DNA of 64,000 bases from Haliotis rufescens (Eukaryota): NCBI RefSeq assembly GCF_023055435.1, contig NW_025964190.1:62001-126000 (forward strand), given 5' to 3'. Under the pieces are notes generated by a model, which was given only the letters and a program-made list of their open reading frames with translations, was not told where the DNA came from and searched no databases. Positions within the stretch are counted from its first letter, which is position 1, and every line of letters begins with the position of its first letter. The translations under genes and the position numbers were made by a program. Positions 12,120-25,566 of the stretch are shown here, piece after piece.

Positions 12120-12905
12120 TTCGGCATATACGGTGTCTAACGTAATATGACACCGTATACGGCAACTGAAGACACCATAACGAATTTATTATGCCGAAAA
12201 GTTTACACTATCTGGTATCCATATCACACGTGTCATGTCAAAATGAAAACTTGACACTAACCGTACATGGACGTTAAAGGGTCAAAGGGAGCCTACTCTT
12301 CAAACCTTAGAGGCCAAACCTTGTAGAAAATTTTAACGATAATCTTTATCAATAAAGTCACGAACGTGATCTAAAACACAGATTAATGTCCTTGCACATC
12401 ACAATTTATGATAGTAAAACACAAAAAAAGTGTCAAATAACGAATTTCAGTACCAGAATTTCCATGTGAAATATGAGAGGTGGGTGTTTGAAAATCCAAG
12501 ATGGCTGTTACTGACGGTAAACGGTCTCATATTAGGTCAGTATCAACCATCTTGGATTTTTACTGACGGTATACGGGCTAATGTGGGGTCGGTAGATCTG
12601 CTCTCTGATTGGTCAATCTCACTTTGAGGCATAATAATATGAAATATGTTACAAATGGAACTAATAGGGCATTAAAGCAACATCATATGCCACACCAAAC
12701 CAGGATGTTGATTCAGGTGTCGTGGACATAAAAGAGCACATCATGGCCAACAAAGACATTAGATCTGACAAACTGAATATCACAACAGCAGAAAGTATTT
12801 TCCTAAAAAAACATCTACCAATTTATTACCTCAAAGTTAAAGCATTGGATAAGAATGACAAGAAGTAAATTTAACGTTTTCATAATGTTTTCATTGGTAT
12901 CTAGG

Positions 12906-13956
12906 CTATTTTCGCCGGAATAAGTTTAAAAATCGGGTTCCAGCAAATTTGATTCCTTTTCTATATCTACTAAGTGTGGAAACATCTTCCTTTAGGAGAC
13001 TCTCTCTTTCCTCCTCTCTAACATTCTGCGCTCTCAGCTCCAGCTGGGTTAAATACCGGTCCTCCGCTACTGTTTATTCAACCTTTTTTCTTTCAGTCAG
13101 TACATGTGCGAGTTCTTCCTCAGCATCTTTGATTTGCTGAAGAAGTGAATCCCTCTCCCGACCATAGCTGTTCGGTAACTGTGAAGCCAATTTGTTCTTC
13201 TTTGACTTGATCTCCATTTCCCTCTGCACCAACGCTTCCAACACTTTCTCGTCTCTCCTGGATACATGATGGTCGGCCGGATTATCGTGTATGTCCTTCG
13301 GCTGCCGCTTCAGATCTTCCTTCTCTAGCTTCAGATGTTCTATCTGTTTCAAGTTTTCTTTTAGTTGATCCCTATAAGACTCCTTTTCTTCTCTGATCTT
13401 GTTTTCCATTTCTTCTCTCAGTTTTATCCTAATTTCCTTCCTCATCTCTTCTTCCTTCGTTTTCATCACAGCAACTGCGCTTTGAATCCAACATTGCATA
13501 ATTTCTTCAGCTTGCAAAAACATAGAGGAAGAAAAGAAACTTTCCCCGACTTCTGTACCATTTCCTGAATACGCTGAAGGAGGAAAGTAACATCCTTTTC
13601 CCGAGCCTCTTCTCCACCTTTGTTATTGAAGGACACATAGCCGCCACCAACACTCCGCAGTATGTGCTTCAGTGTATCGGGAGCATTTTCAAGATACTCC
13701 TTGACAGATTCTCCCTCGCCAAGGTCATCTTTTCTGATGAAGACGATTATCAAATATTTGTGCATTTGATCTCCAAATATATCATCAATTTCATCGAAGA
13801 CTTTTTTATCTTCTTCTGTGAATCGCTGCGTTAAGGAAATCACTAATAAGAATGCGTGTGGCCCGGGAGTGGAGATGGCAATACATTTCTTTATTTCCTT
13901 ATCAACGATGTCTCTTTCCATGTTGGTGTCAAACATCTCTGGTGTGTCGACAACTT
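12906..13956 (-). pseudogene. GIMAP pseudogene copy C2 (5'-truncated, frameshift, premature stop)
   Basis: Same truncation point; frameshift near 13550 and stop at 13074. Confidence 0.9.
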
Positions 13957-14741
13957 TTCGGCATATACCGTGTCTAACCTAATATGACACTGTATACGGC
14001 AACTGAAGACACCATAACGAATTTATTATGCCGAAAAGTTTACACTATCTGGTATCCATATCACACGTGTCATGTCAAAATGAAAACTTGACACTATCCG
14101 TACATGGACGTTAAGGGTCAAAGGGAGCCTACTCTTCAAACCTTAGAGGCCAAACCTTGTTGAAAATTTTAACGATAATTTTTATCAATAAAGTCACGAA
14201 CGTGATCTAAAACACAGATTAATGTCCTTGCACATCACAATTAATGATAGTAAAACACAAAAAAAGTGTCAAATAACGAATTTCAGTACCAGAATTTCCA
14301 TGTGAAATATGAGAGGTGGGTGTTTGAAAATCCAAGTTGGCTGTTACTGACTGTAAACGGTCTCATATTAGGTCAGTATCAACCATCTTAGATTTTTACT
14401 GACGGTATACGGGCTCATGTGGGGTCAGTAGATCTGCTCTCTGATTGGTCAATCTCACTTTGAGGCATAATAATATGAAATATGTTACAAATGGAACTAA
14501 TAGGGCATTAAAGCAACATCATATGCCCCACCAAACCAGGATGTTGATTCATGTGTCGTGGACATAAAAGAGCACATCATGGCCAACAAAGACATTAGAT
14601 CTGACAAACTGAATATCACAACAGCAGAAAGTATTTTCCTAAAAAAACATCTTCCAATTTATTACCTCAAAGTTAAAGCATTGGATAAGAATGACAAGAA
14701 GTAAATTTAACGTTTTCATAATGTTTTCATTGGTATCTAGG

Positions 14742-15958
14742 CTATTTTCGCCGGAATAAGTTTAAAAATCGGGTTCCAGCAAATTTGATTCCCTTTCTAT
14801 ATCTACTAAGTGTGGAAACATCTTCCTTTAGGAGACTCTCTCTTTCCTCCTCTCTAACATTCTGCGCTCTCAGCTCTAGCTGGGTTAAATACCGGTCCTC
14901 CGCAACTGTTTCTTCAGCCTTTTTTCTTTCAGTGAATACATGTGCGAGTTCTTCCTCAGCATCTTTGATTTGCTGAAGAAGTGAATCCCTCTCCCGACCA
15001 TAGCTGTTCGGTAACTGTGAAGCCATTTTGTTCTTCTTTGACTTGATCTCCATTTCCCTCTGCACCAACGCTTCCAACACTTTCTCGTCTCTCCTGGATA
15101 CATGATGGTCGGCCGGGTTATCGTGTATGTCCTTCGGCCCCCGCTTCAGATCTTCCTTCTCTAGCTTCAGATGTTCTATCCGTTTCAAGTTTTCTTTTAG
15201 TTGATCCCTATAAGACTCCCTTTCTTCTCTGATCTTGTTTTCCATTTCTTCTCTCAGTTTTATCCTAATTTCCTTCCTCATCTCTTCTTCCTTCATTTTC
15301 ATCACAGCAACTGAGCTTTGAATCCGACATTGAATAATTTCTTCAGCTTGCCAAAACATAGAGGAGGAAAAGAAGCGTTCCCCGTTCTTCTGAACCATTT
15401 TCTGAATACGCTGAAGGAGGAAAGTAACATCCTTTTCCCGAGCCTCTTCTGTACCTTTGTTATTGAAGGACACATAGCCGCCACCAACACTCCGCAGTAT
15501 GTGCTTCAGTGTATCGGGAGCAGTTTCAAGATACTCCTTGACAGATTCTCCCTCGCCAAGGTCATCTTTTCTCGTGAAGACGATTATCAAATATTTGTGC
15601 ATTTGATCTCCAAATATATCATCAATTTCATCGAAGACTTTTTTATCTTCTTCTGTGAATCGCTGCGTTAAGGAAATCACCAATAAGAATGCGTGTGGCC
15701 CGGGAGCGGAGATGGCAATACATTTCTTTATTTCCTTATCAACGACGTCTCTTTCCATGTTGGTGTCAAACATCCCTGGTGTGTCGACAACTTGGATGAC
15801 GAGGCCGAAGGTCTCCCGGTAGGCATATTGGCTTACTTCTGTCACAGTCTGGAACGATGAACTCGACTTGAAAACATTTTCATTCAAAATTGTGTTTGCT
15901 GTTGCACTTTTTCCCGATCCTGTTTTGCCCAAAAGTACAAGTCTCAAGACGTTTTGGC
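14742..15958 (-). CDS. GIMAP/AIG1 GTPase copy D, exon 2 (ORF intact, splice acceptor mutated)
   Basis: 401-aa ORF with G1-G5 motifs and coiled coil; acceptor ACAA|G as in copy B. Confidence 0.85.
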
Positions 15959-17428
15959 TTGTAAAATAAGATAAATAATACCTAGTATCCTAAAAGTATT
16001 TACCTTCAAAAACTGGAATGGAAATTCTCAGCATTTACTAAGAAATACACAACCTACTTTATAATCTTTAAGACCGCCTCCGTGGTCTAATGGTAGAGCG
16101 TCCGCCCGGAGAGCGGAAGGCCCGGGGTTCAATCCCCAGCCGCGTCATACCAAAAGACGTTAAAAGATGGTACTTGTTGTTACCTTGCCTGTCGCTCGAC
16201 ATTAAGGGGCTAAAACAAGGACTGGTCGGCTCGGAGTCAGTATACTGTGTCTGAGTGGGGTATCAATGTTAAACTGCTGTATGGTATCTCAGTGAGCTAG
16301 CACTATAAATCGGCATCAGTCCGGACTAGTACAAGCAGCCACACACAAACATACACGTGAAAGCACGTCACTATATAAGTGCAATAATCTTGGACGCGAC
16401 GTTTCACCTCACCACCTTATAATCTTCAATGATAGAATGTGTTTGTTTGTTGTTTATCGCCGTACTCAGCAATATTCCAGCTATATGACGGCGGTCTGGA
16501 AATAATCGAGTCTGGACAAGACAATCAAGTGATTGGCAATGAGTATTGATCTGTGCATTTGGGAAACGATGACATGCATTACCCAAGTCAGCGAGCCTGA
16601 CCACCAGTCAGTCGCCTCTTATGACAATCATAGTCACCTCTTACGGCAATCATGGGCTGAAGACCTATTTTAATCCGGATCTTCACGGGTCTATTTCAAG
16701 TGGCGAGGACTATCGATAGTATCTGTTTATTACGAAACTTTGTTTCTGTTTTAGCAAAGTAAGACGGTGACGTTTCACTATTACAATATCCTCTTATTGA
16801 ATAGGGCGGTCGGGTAGCCTAGTGGTTAAAGCGTTCGCTCGTCACGCCAAAGATCCGGGTTCGATTCCCGACATGGGTACAATGTGTGAAGCCCATTTCT
16901 GGTATCACCGGCCGTGATATTGCTGGAATATTGCCAACAGCGGCGTAAAACCATACTCACTATTAATGAATATACCCAAAGCACAAGTCGTCCGGGTTTA
17001 ATTTTGTCTGTTATCTTTCGAGGAGTAAATGACATAAGGTGTTGTGTTGTCTGTAGTGTTTTATCTAACTAGGCCTGGCTTAACGATAAGAGACCGCCAT
17101 ATTACAGACAAACAACTCATACGTAATGGTGATATTATTAATTTTACATTTAAAAGGAAACAATCAAACTGTACCTTTGTTTCTTCGTTGTGTAACGCCG
17201 CATTCAGCAATATTCCAGTCATATAATGATCTGTAAATAATCAATTCTGGACCAGACAATCTAGTGACTGACATGCATCAACCAAGTCAGCGAGCCTGAC
17301 CACCTGATCCCGTTAGTTGCACTTTAGGACAAGCATGGGTTCCCGAAGACCAATTCTAACCTGGATTTTCACTGGTATCAAATTGTACCTAATCTGCGCT
17401 GTGATTGAACTGCTGCTGAGATATTTAC

Positions 17429-17483
17429 CTGGTAATGGTGGCTGTCTGCGTGGTTTAGGTACAGGGTTGACTAACGCTGCCAT
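17429..17483 (-). CDS. GIMAP copy D, coding exon 1
   Basis: Identical to the copy B exon 1; ATG at 17483, phase-1 donor. Confidence 0.7.
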
Positions 17484-17819
17484 GCTGTCTGTGTCTCCGC
17501 TGTTCACCCTCAAGCCAACAGCAACGTCAGATTACGATCAAACTTAGTATCTAATCTACACAACTGCCATAGAATCATTCGTGACCAACTCGTGTTATTC
17601 CGAGACAAGCCAAATATTCTTGCAGGTTACGGAAAGGGCCTAGTGGTGACGAATGGATGCATTCGTGACCAACTCGTGTTATTCCGGGACAAGCCGAATC
17701 TTCTTGCAGGTAACGGAAAGGGGCGAGTGGTGACGAATGGTCATGATGATTGGTCAATCTCACTTTGAGGCATAATAATATGAAATATGTTACAAATGGA
17801 ACTAATAGGGCATTAAAAG

Positions 17820-20445
17820 TGAAACAGAGTTAGTTTTTACACAAAAACTGATCAAAACCTAGAATGACGTTCGGGGAATTAGCCACGGGATCAACACACC
17901 TTCAAAGACAAACAGAGAGAGGTTCTCAGGCAAAGCAGGAATTCTTTATTAAATGTTTTCATCATCATCAAGCATATAGACATAATCAGACAATCTTCAT
18001 CATCACCAAACACAAAGACATAATCAGACAAATAATTAAGCAGTAATACAAAAACTGTTAAGATATTCGTTGTTATATAATAGTAGGCATGAGTTAATAA
18101 ACAATTGCTTGTTATGTGATTTCACTTTGAGAACAATGCATTAACTTCAGAGACGTCTCAGTACCTATTCAAGTTACAGCCTAATATAACATTGATAAGA
18201 TTACGTAACACATTTATAATTAAAAATACCATTTGTAAAATAATAACAAAGTGTAAAGTGTAAGCTCTACTCATTGGATATTTATTTATATCATAGCAGT
18301 AAACATTTGATATAATGCAGACATTATAATCAACTCACATTAAATTACTCATTGATAATTACTCATAATGTTTGATATATATTTAAGGTACTCATAAATT
18401 ACATCTGAACAAAGTTCACAAAAAGCATTCATATGAAAGATTATAACAACACCTTTCTTGAACAATGACATGTCTAATAACTTATTCTACGTTAAATACG
18501 GTACATGTGACGTCATGAACTATAGCTGATTCAGATGTACACTTCAGAGTTAAATAGTGAATACAAGATTTAATACGGTAAATAATAATGGGACCCGCAT
18601 TCAATGACTGAATACACTATACTAAATTCTGAAAACAGCTATGCGCAAAATGGTTAAATACGGTACGTGCCGTCACTGCCGAGCGCTGGTGATTGCGCCG
18701 TTATGTAACAATGAGAGGTGCCGCCTGTGCATGCCGCGCTATGCGGGCCGAGCTTATACAAATCACACAGACTGAATACCTTGTTTGAAACTTGAAATAT
18801 ATATGAATTAAAACTGATTATTAGTGAACATATATTCTATTGTGAATGTTTATGGACCTTATTGGAGATTTCGCTAAAACAGAGAAATTGCTTGTGAACT
18901 GTAATTTAGAAATGGATATAAACACTGCGTTAGGAAAGCCTGTTTCATTATAACTATTCTACAACATAAAACTACTACGTTATCTGTAGCGTCCAAATCA
19001 TGCTTAAAGTATAGTATCTGAGATATTCTACTCATCGTCCATTCATCTTACCGAATGGAAATAATATGCATCATTTGGAAAACATAAATTCATTAGGCAT
19101 TGCTTAATTTGCGTGCATTTATCTAGAACAAAAAGTTACGTTCAAGTATTGTAGTCTAGTGATATGCCCTCACAAAGTAGTTACCTAATAAGAAATATAT
19201 TTTGGGCTACAGATAAGAATAATATACTTTGCTGTGCTTGCACTGATCTGGTTTTGTATATAAAGAATATATTTGATGCATGAACATCGGATATAGGTTA
19301 TATTCTAGAACCGTATTTATCAGGCATAAGAACGCAAACAAATATACATAACGTAAATGATATCGAGTAACTGGATAATGTTAATGCATATTGACACATT
19401 TAACGTTGTTGCATTATAAAACCACTCTACTAACGATACAGCGTACAATAAGGTAAATAACACGACACACATATGGATACTGGTCCTACCGATACACGGA
19501 CAAATAATTCATACATTATTATAATGCACTCTATTCACATTGAAACATGATAATTATGAAGTATCCACAACATCTGTGATTAATAATCATTTGCCTAGTA
19601 GTTTTAACCCGATAAATAAACATGTGGGATACGAACGCTGATTGTGGAATAGTAATATTTCTACATGAGACGCACGCATATAAATTACTGTAGTTAATTT
19701 GTGTCAGAAAAACTTGAATGATATGCAGCTTAGATTCGAACGGCATTTCGAATACATAGAGTATAAGTTCATTGTTCAAGCAAGATATTCATACAAAATT
19801 AAAGACAAGTTTAAAAGACAATTTTAAGCAAAGTTCAACCTAAATGGCAAAGTAACAAGTAAAAGCGACTTACCTTCAAAGACAAACAGAGAGAGGTTCT
19901 CAGGCAAAGCAGGAATGACTAACAGTCGATTTCCCCCTATATTTATACCTGAGACCTCCTTTGTTAATCTGAAGGCAAGTCTACATGTGCATGTCCAGTT
20001 TGAAATTTGAGACTTTGGACTAATAAAGACTGGACATGTTATACAATTTTGTATAATGGTTTTGGGCTGTTAATAGCCAAAGCAGACGGTCAGTTTGGAG
20101 AGTTGAGTAATAGAAGATTATAAATGCCGATAGAATCACTCAGCTCATGTTTTGGTTTCGCGTTTTCAATTTTCTAGTTTGGTCAGTTGCCGCTAAATAG
20201 CTGATAACGGTACACTGGCAAGTGCCGAACGCGCTGACCACTACCAGTTGTTATTCAAGATCTAATTAAAGTTTCGCCCACCGACCTGTTTGTGGCAGCG
20301 TAGATCTGAAGTGCCAGATGTTGTTATACAATTTCTTATTGCTAGTATGTACTGACAGGTCTTAAATGGTTAACCGACAACTTATAAATTGAAGGCGAAT
20401 TTCACAAAAAGTTGAATAAAATATAGCAATTTTAGCACTGTTACA
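17820..20445 (-). mobile_element. Second copy of the 2,626-bp solo-LTR-like element (carried by the 9.6-kb duplication)
   Basis: Same flanks and TSD as 8212-10837; offset 9608. Confidence 0.8.
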
Positions 20446-20678
20446 AAAGCAAGATCATGTGCCGAACCAAACCAGGATGTTGAATTAGGTGTCGTGGACA
20501 TAAAAGAGCACATCATGGCCAACAAAGACATTAGATCTGACAAACTGAATATGACAACAGCAGTAAGTATTTTCCTAAAAAAATCATCTTCCAATCTATT
20601 ACCTCAAAGTTAAAGCATTGGATAAGAACAAGAAGAAGTAAATTAAACGTTTTCATAATGTTTTCATTGGTATCTATG

Positions 20679-21727
20679 CTATTTTCGCCGGAATAAGTTT
20701 AAAAATCGGTTTCAAGCAGTTTTGATTCCATTTCCATATCTACCAAGTGTGGAAACATCTTCCTTCAGGAGACTCTCTCTTTCCTCCTCTCTAACAATCT
20801 GCACTCTCACCTCCAACTGGGTTAAATACCTGTCTTCCGCTACTGTTTCTTCAACCTTTTTTCTTTCAGTCAATACATGTGCGAGTTCTTCCTCAGCATC
20901 TTTGATTTGCTGAAGAAGTGAATCCCTCTCCGACCATGGCTATTGCGTAACTGTGAAGCCATTTTGTACTTCTTTGACTTGATCTCCATTCCCCTCTGCA
21001 CCAATGCTTCCAACACTTTCTCGTTGTCTCTCCTGGATACATGATGGTCTGCCGGGTTATCGTGTATGTCCTTCGGCTGCCGCTTCAGATCTTCCATCTC
21101 TAGCTTCAGATGTTCTATCTGTTTCAAGTTTTCTTTTAGTTGATCCCTATAAGACTCCCTTTCTTCTCTGATCTTGTTTTCCATTTCTTCTCTCAGTTTT
21201 ATCCTAATTTCCTTCCTCATCTCTTCTTCCTTCGTTTTCATCACAGCAACTGTGCTTTGAATCCGACGTTGCATAATTTCTTCAGCTTGCAAAAACAAAG
21301 AGGAAGAAAAGAAACTTTCCCTGTTCTTCTGTACCATTTCCTGAATACACAGGAGGAAAGTAACATCCTTTTCCCGAGCCTCTTCTCCACCTTTGTTCAA
21401 TGGACACATAGCCGCCACCAACACTCCGCAGTATGTGCTTCAGTGTATCGGGAGCAGTTTCAAGATACTCCTTGACAGATTCTCCCTCGCCAAGGTCATC
21501 TTTTCTCGTGAAGACGATTATCAAATATTTGTGCATTTGATCTCCAAATATATCATCAATTTCATCGAAGACCTTTTTATCTCCTTCTGTGAATCGCTGC
21601 GTTAAGGAAATCACTAATAAGAATGCGTGTGGCCCGGGAGCGGAGATGGCAATACATTTCTTTATTTCCTTATCAACGACGTCTCTTTCCATGTTGGTGT
21701 CAAACATCCCTGGTGTGTCGACAACTT
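20679..21727 (-). pseudogene. GIMAP pseudogene copy E1 (duplicate of C)
   Basis: Near-identical to 11071-12119. Confidence 0.9.
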
Positions 21728-22513
21728 TTCGGCATATACGGTGTCTAACGTAATATGACACCGTATACGGCAACTGAAGACACCATAACGAATTTATTAT
21801 GCCGAAAAGTTTACACTATCTGGTATCCATATCACACGTGTCATGTCAAAATGAAAACTTGACACTAACCGTACATGGACGTTAAAGGGTCAAAGGGAGC
21901 CTACTCTTCAAACCTTAGAGGCCAAACCTTGTAGAAAATTTTAACGATAATCTTTATCAATAAAGTCACGAACGTGATCTAAAACACAGATTAATGTCCT
22001 TGCACATCACAATTTATGATAGTAAAACACAAAAAAAGTGTCAAATAACGAATTTCAGTACCAGAATTTCCATGTGAAATATGAGAGGTGGGTGTTTGAA
22101 AATCCAAGATGGCTGTTACTGACGGTAAACGGTCTCATATTAGGTCAGTATCAACCATCTTGGATTTTTACTGACGGTATACGGGCTCATGTGGGGTCGG
22201 TAGATCTGCTCTCTGATTGGTCAATCTCACTTTGAGGCATACTAATATGAAATATGTTACAAATGGAACTAATAGGGCATTAAAGCAACATCATATGCCA
22301 CACCAAACCAGGATGTTGATTCAGGTGTCGTGGACATAAAAGAGCACATCATGGCCAACAAAGACATTAGATCTGACAAACTGAATATCACAACAGCAGA
22401 AAGTATTTTCCTAAAAAAACATCTACCAATTTATTACCTCAAAGTTAAAGCATTGGATAAGAATGACAAGAAGTAAATTTAACGTTTTCATAATGTTTTC
22501 ATTGGTATCTAGG

Positions 22514-23564
22514 CTATTTTCGCCGGAATAAGTTTAAAAATCGGGTTCCAGCAAATTTGATTCCTTTTCTATATCTACTAAGTGTGGAAACATCTTCCTT
22601 TAGGAGACTCTCTCTTTCCTCCTCTCTAACATTCTGCGCTCTCAGCTCCAGCTGGGTTAAATACCGGTCCTCCGCTACTGTTTATTCAACCTTTTTTCTT
22701 TCAGTCAGTACATGTGCGAGTTCTTCCTCAGCATCTTTGATTTGCTGAAGAAGTGAATCCCTCTCCCGACCATAGCTGTTCGGTAACTGTGAAGCCAATT
22801 TGTTCTTCTTTGACTTGATCTCCATTTCCCTCTGCACCAACGCTTCCAACACTTTCTCGTCTCTCCTGGATACATGATGGTCGGCCGGATTATCGTGTAT
22901 GTCCTTCGGCTGCCGCTTCAGATCTTCCTTCTCTAGCTTCAGATGTTCTATCTGTTTCAAGTTTTCTTTTAGTTGATCCCTATAAGACTCCTTTTCTTCT
23001 CTGATCTTGTTTTCCATTTCTTCTCTCAGTTTTATCCTAATTTCCTTCCTCATCTCTTCTTCCTTCGTTTTCATCACAGCAACTGCGCTTTGAATCCGAC
23101 ATTGCATAATTTCTTCAGCTTGCAAAAACATAGAGGAAGAAAAGAAACTTTCCCCGACTTCTGTACCATTTCCTGAATACGCTGAAGGAGGAAAGTAACA
23201 TCCTTTTCCCGAGCCTCTTCTCCACCTTTGTTATTGAAGGACACATAGCCGCCACCAACACTCCGCAGTATGTGCTTCAGTGTATCGGGAGCATTTTCAA
23301 GATACTCCTTGACAGATTCTCCCTCGCCAAGGTCATCTTTTCTGATGAAGACGATTATCAAATATTTGTGCATTTGATCTCCAAATATATCATCAATTTC
23401 ATCGAAGACTTTTTTATCTTCTTCTGTGAATCGCTGCGTTAAGGAAATCACTAATAAGAATGCGTGTGGCCCGGGAGTGGAGATGGCAATACATTTCTTT
23501 ATTTCCTTATCAACGATGTCTCTTTCCATGTTGGTGTCAAACATCTCTGGTGTGTCGACAACTT
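22514..23564 (-). pseudogene. GIMAP pseudogene copy E2 (duplicate of C2)
   Basis: Near-identical to 12906-13956. Confidence 0.9.
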
Positions 23565-24349
23565 TTCGGCATATACCGTGTCTAACCTAATATGACACTG
23601 TATACGGCAACTGAAGACACCATAACGAATTTATTATGCCGAAAAGTTTACACTATCTGGTATCCATATCACACGTGTCATGTCAAAATGAAAACTTGAC
23701 ACTATCCGTACATGGACGTTAAGGGTCAAAGGGAGCCTACTCTTCAAACCTTAGAGGCCAAACCTTGTTGAAAATTTTAACGATAATTTTTATCAATAAA
23801 GTCACGAACGTGATCTAAAACACAGATTAATGTCCTTGCACATCACAATTAATGATAGTAAAACACAAAAAAAGTGTCAAATAACGAATTTCAGTACCAG
23901 AATTTCCATGTGAAATATGAGAGGTGGGTGTTTGAAAATCCAAGTTGGCTGTTACTGACTGTAAACGGTCTCATATTAGGTCAGTATCAACCATCTTAGA
24001 TTTTTACTGACGGTATACGGGCTCATGTGGGGTCAGTAGATCTGCTCTCTGATTGGTCAATCTCACTTTGAGGCATAATAATATGAAATATGTTACAAAT
24101 GGAACTAATAGGGCATTAAAGCAACATCATATGCCCCACCAAACCAGGATGTTGATTCAGGTGTCGTGGACATAAAAGAGCACATCATGGCCAACAAAGA
24201 CATTAGATCTGACAAACTGAATATCACAACAGCAGAAAGTATTTTCCTAAAAAAACATCTTCCAATTTATTACCTCAAAGTTAAAGCATTGGATAAGAAT
24301 GACAAGAAGTAAATTTAACGTTTTCATAATGTTTTCATTGGTATCTAGG

Positions 24350-25566
24350 CTATTTTCGCCGGAATAAGTTTAAAAATCGGGTTCCAGCAAATTTGATTCC
24401 CTTTCTATATCTACTAAGTGTGGAAACATCTTCCTTCAGGAGACTCTCTCTTTCCTCCTCTCTAACATTCTGCGCTCTCAGCTCTAGCTGGGTTAAATAC
24501 CGGTCCTCCGCAACTGTTTCTTCAGCCTTTTTTCTTTCAGTGAATACATGTGCGAGTTCTTCCTCAGCATCTTTGATTTGCTGAAGAAGTGAATCCCTCT
24601 CCCGACCATAGCTGTTCGGTAACTGTGAAGCCATTTTGTTCTTCTTTGACTTGATCTCCATTTCCCTCTGCACCAACGCTTCCAACACTTTCTCGTCTCT
24701 CCTGGATACATGATGGTCGGCCGGGTTATCGTGTATGTCCTTCGGCCCCCGCTTCAGATCTTCCTTCTCTAGCTTCAGATGTTCTATCCGTTTCAAGTTT
24801 TCTTTTAGTTGATCCCTATAAGACTCCCTTTCTTCTCTGATCTTGTTTTCCATTTCTTCTCTCAGTTTTATCCTAATTTCCTTCCTCATCTCTTCTTCCT
24901 TCGTTTTCATCACAGCAACTGAGCTTTGAATCCGACATTGAATAATTTCTTCAGCTTGCCAAAACATAGAGGAGGAAAAGAAGCGTTCCCCGTTCTTCTG
25001 AACCATTTTCTGAATACGCTGAAGGAGGAAAGTAACATCCTTTTCCCGAGCCTCTTCTGTACCTTTGTTATTGAAGGACACATAGCCGCCACCAACACTC
25101 CGCAGTATGTGCTTCAGTGTATCGGGAGCAGTTTCAAGATACTCCTTGACAGATTCTCCCTCGCCAAGGTCATCTTTTCTCGTGAAGACGATTATCAAAT
25201 GTTTGTGCATTTGATCTCCAAATATATCATCAATTTCATCGAAGACTTTTTTATCTTCTTCTGTGAATCGCTGCGTTAAGGAAATCACTAATAAGAATGC
25301 GTGTGGCCCGGGAGCGGAGATGGCAATACATTTCTTTATTTCCTTATCAACGACGTCTCTTTCCATGTTGGTGTCAAACATCCCTGGTGTGTCAACAACT
25401 TGGATGACGAGGCCGAGGGTCTCCCGGTTGGCATATTGGCTTACTTCTGTCACAGACTGGAACGATGAACTCGACTTGAAAACATTTTCATTCAAAATTG
25501 TGTTTGCTGTTGCACTTTTTCCCGATCCTGTTTTGCCCAAAAGTACAAGTCTCAAGACGTTTTGGC
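24350..25566 (-). CDS. GIMAP/AIG1-family GTPase copy F, exon 2 (likely the functional gene, ~423 aa with exon 1)
   Basis: Canonical acceptor TTATTTTACAG|GC at 25568-25567; intact G1-G5 motifs, coiled coil and basic C-terminus (FLNLFRRK). Confidence 0.9.

Noticed and set aside
11674-12165. Novel ATG-initiated fusion GIMAP (MPYTVSYYVRHRICRKVVDTPG)
   Set aside because: The start codon is TTG within the junction scar and the copy frameshifts downstream; treated as a pseudogene.
12120-12165. Helitron 3' hairpin capturing GIMAP
   Set aside because: No CTRR terminus at the expected distance; the hairpin is explained by local inversion of the 2622-2648 sequence.
17820-20445. The two LTR-like copies as ends of one full retrotransposon enclosing GIMAPs
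   Set aside because: Each copy has its own TSD and identical flanks on both sides, and no gag/pol lies between them; they were duplicated passively.
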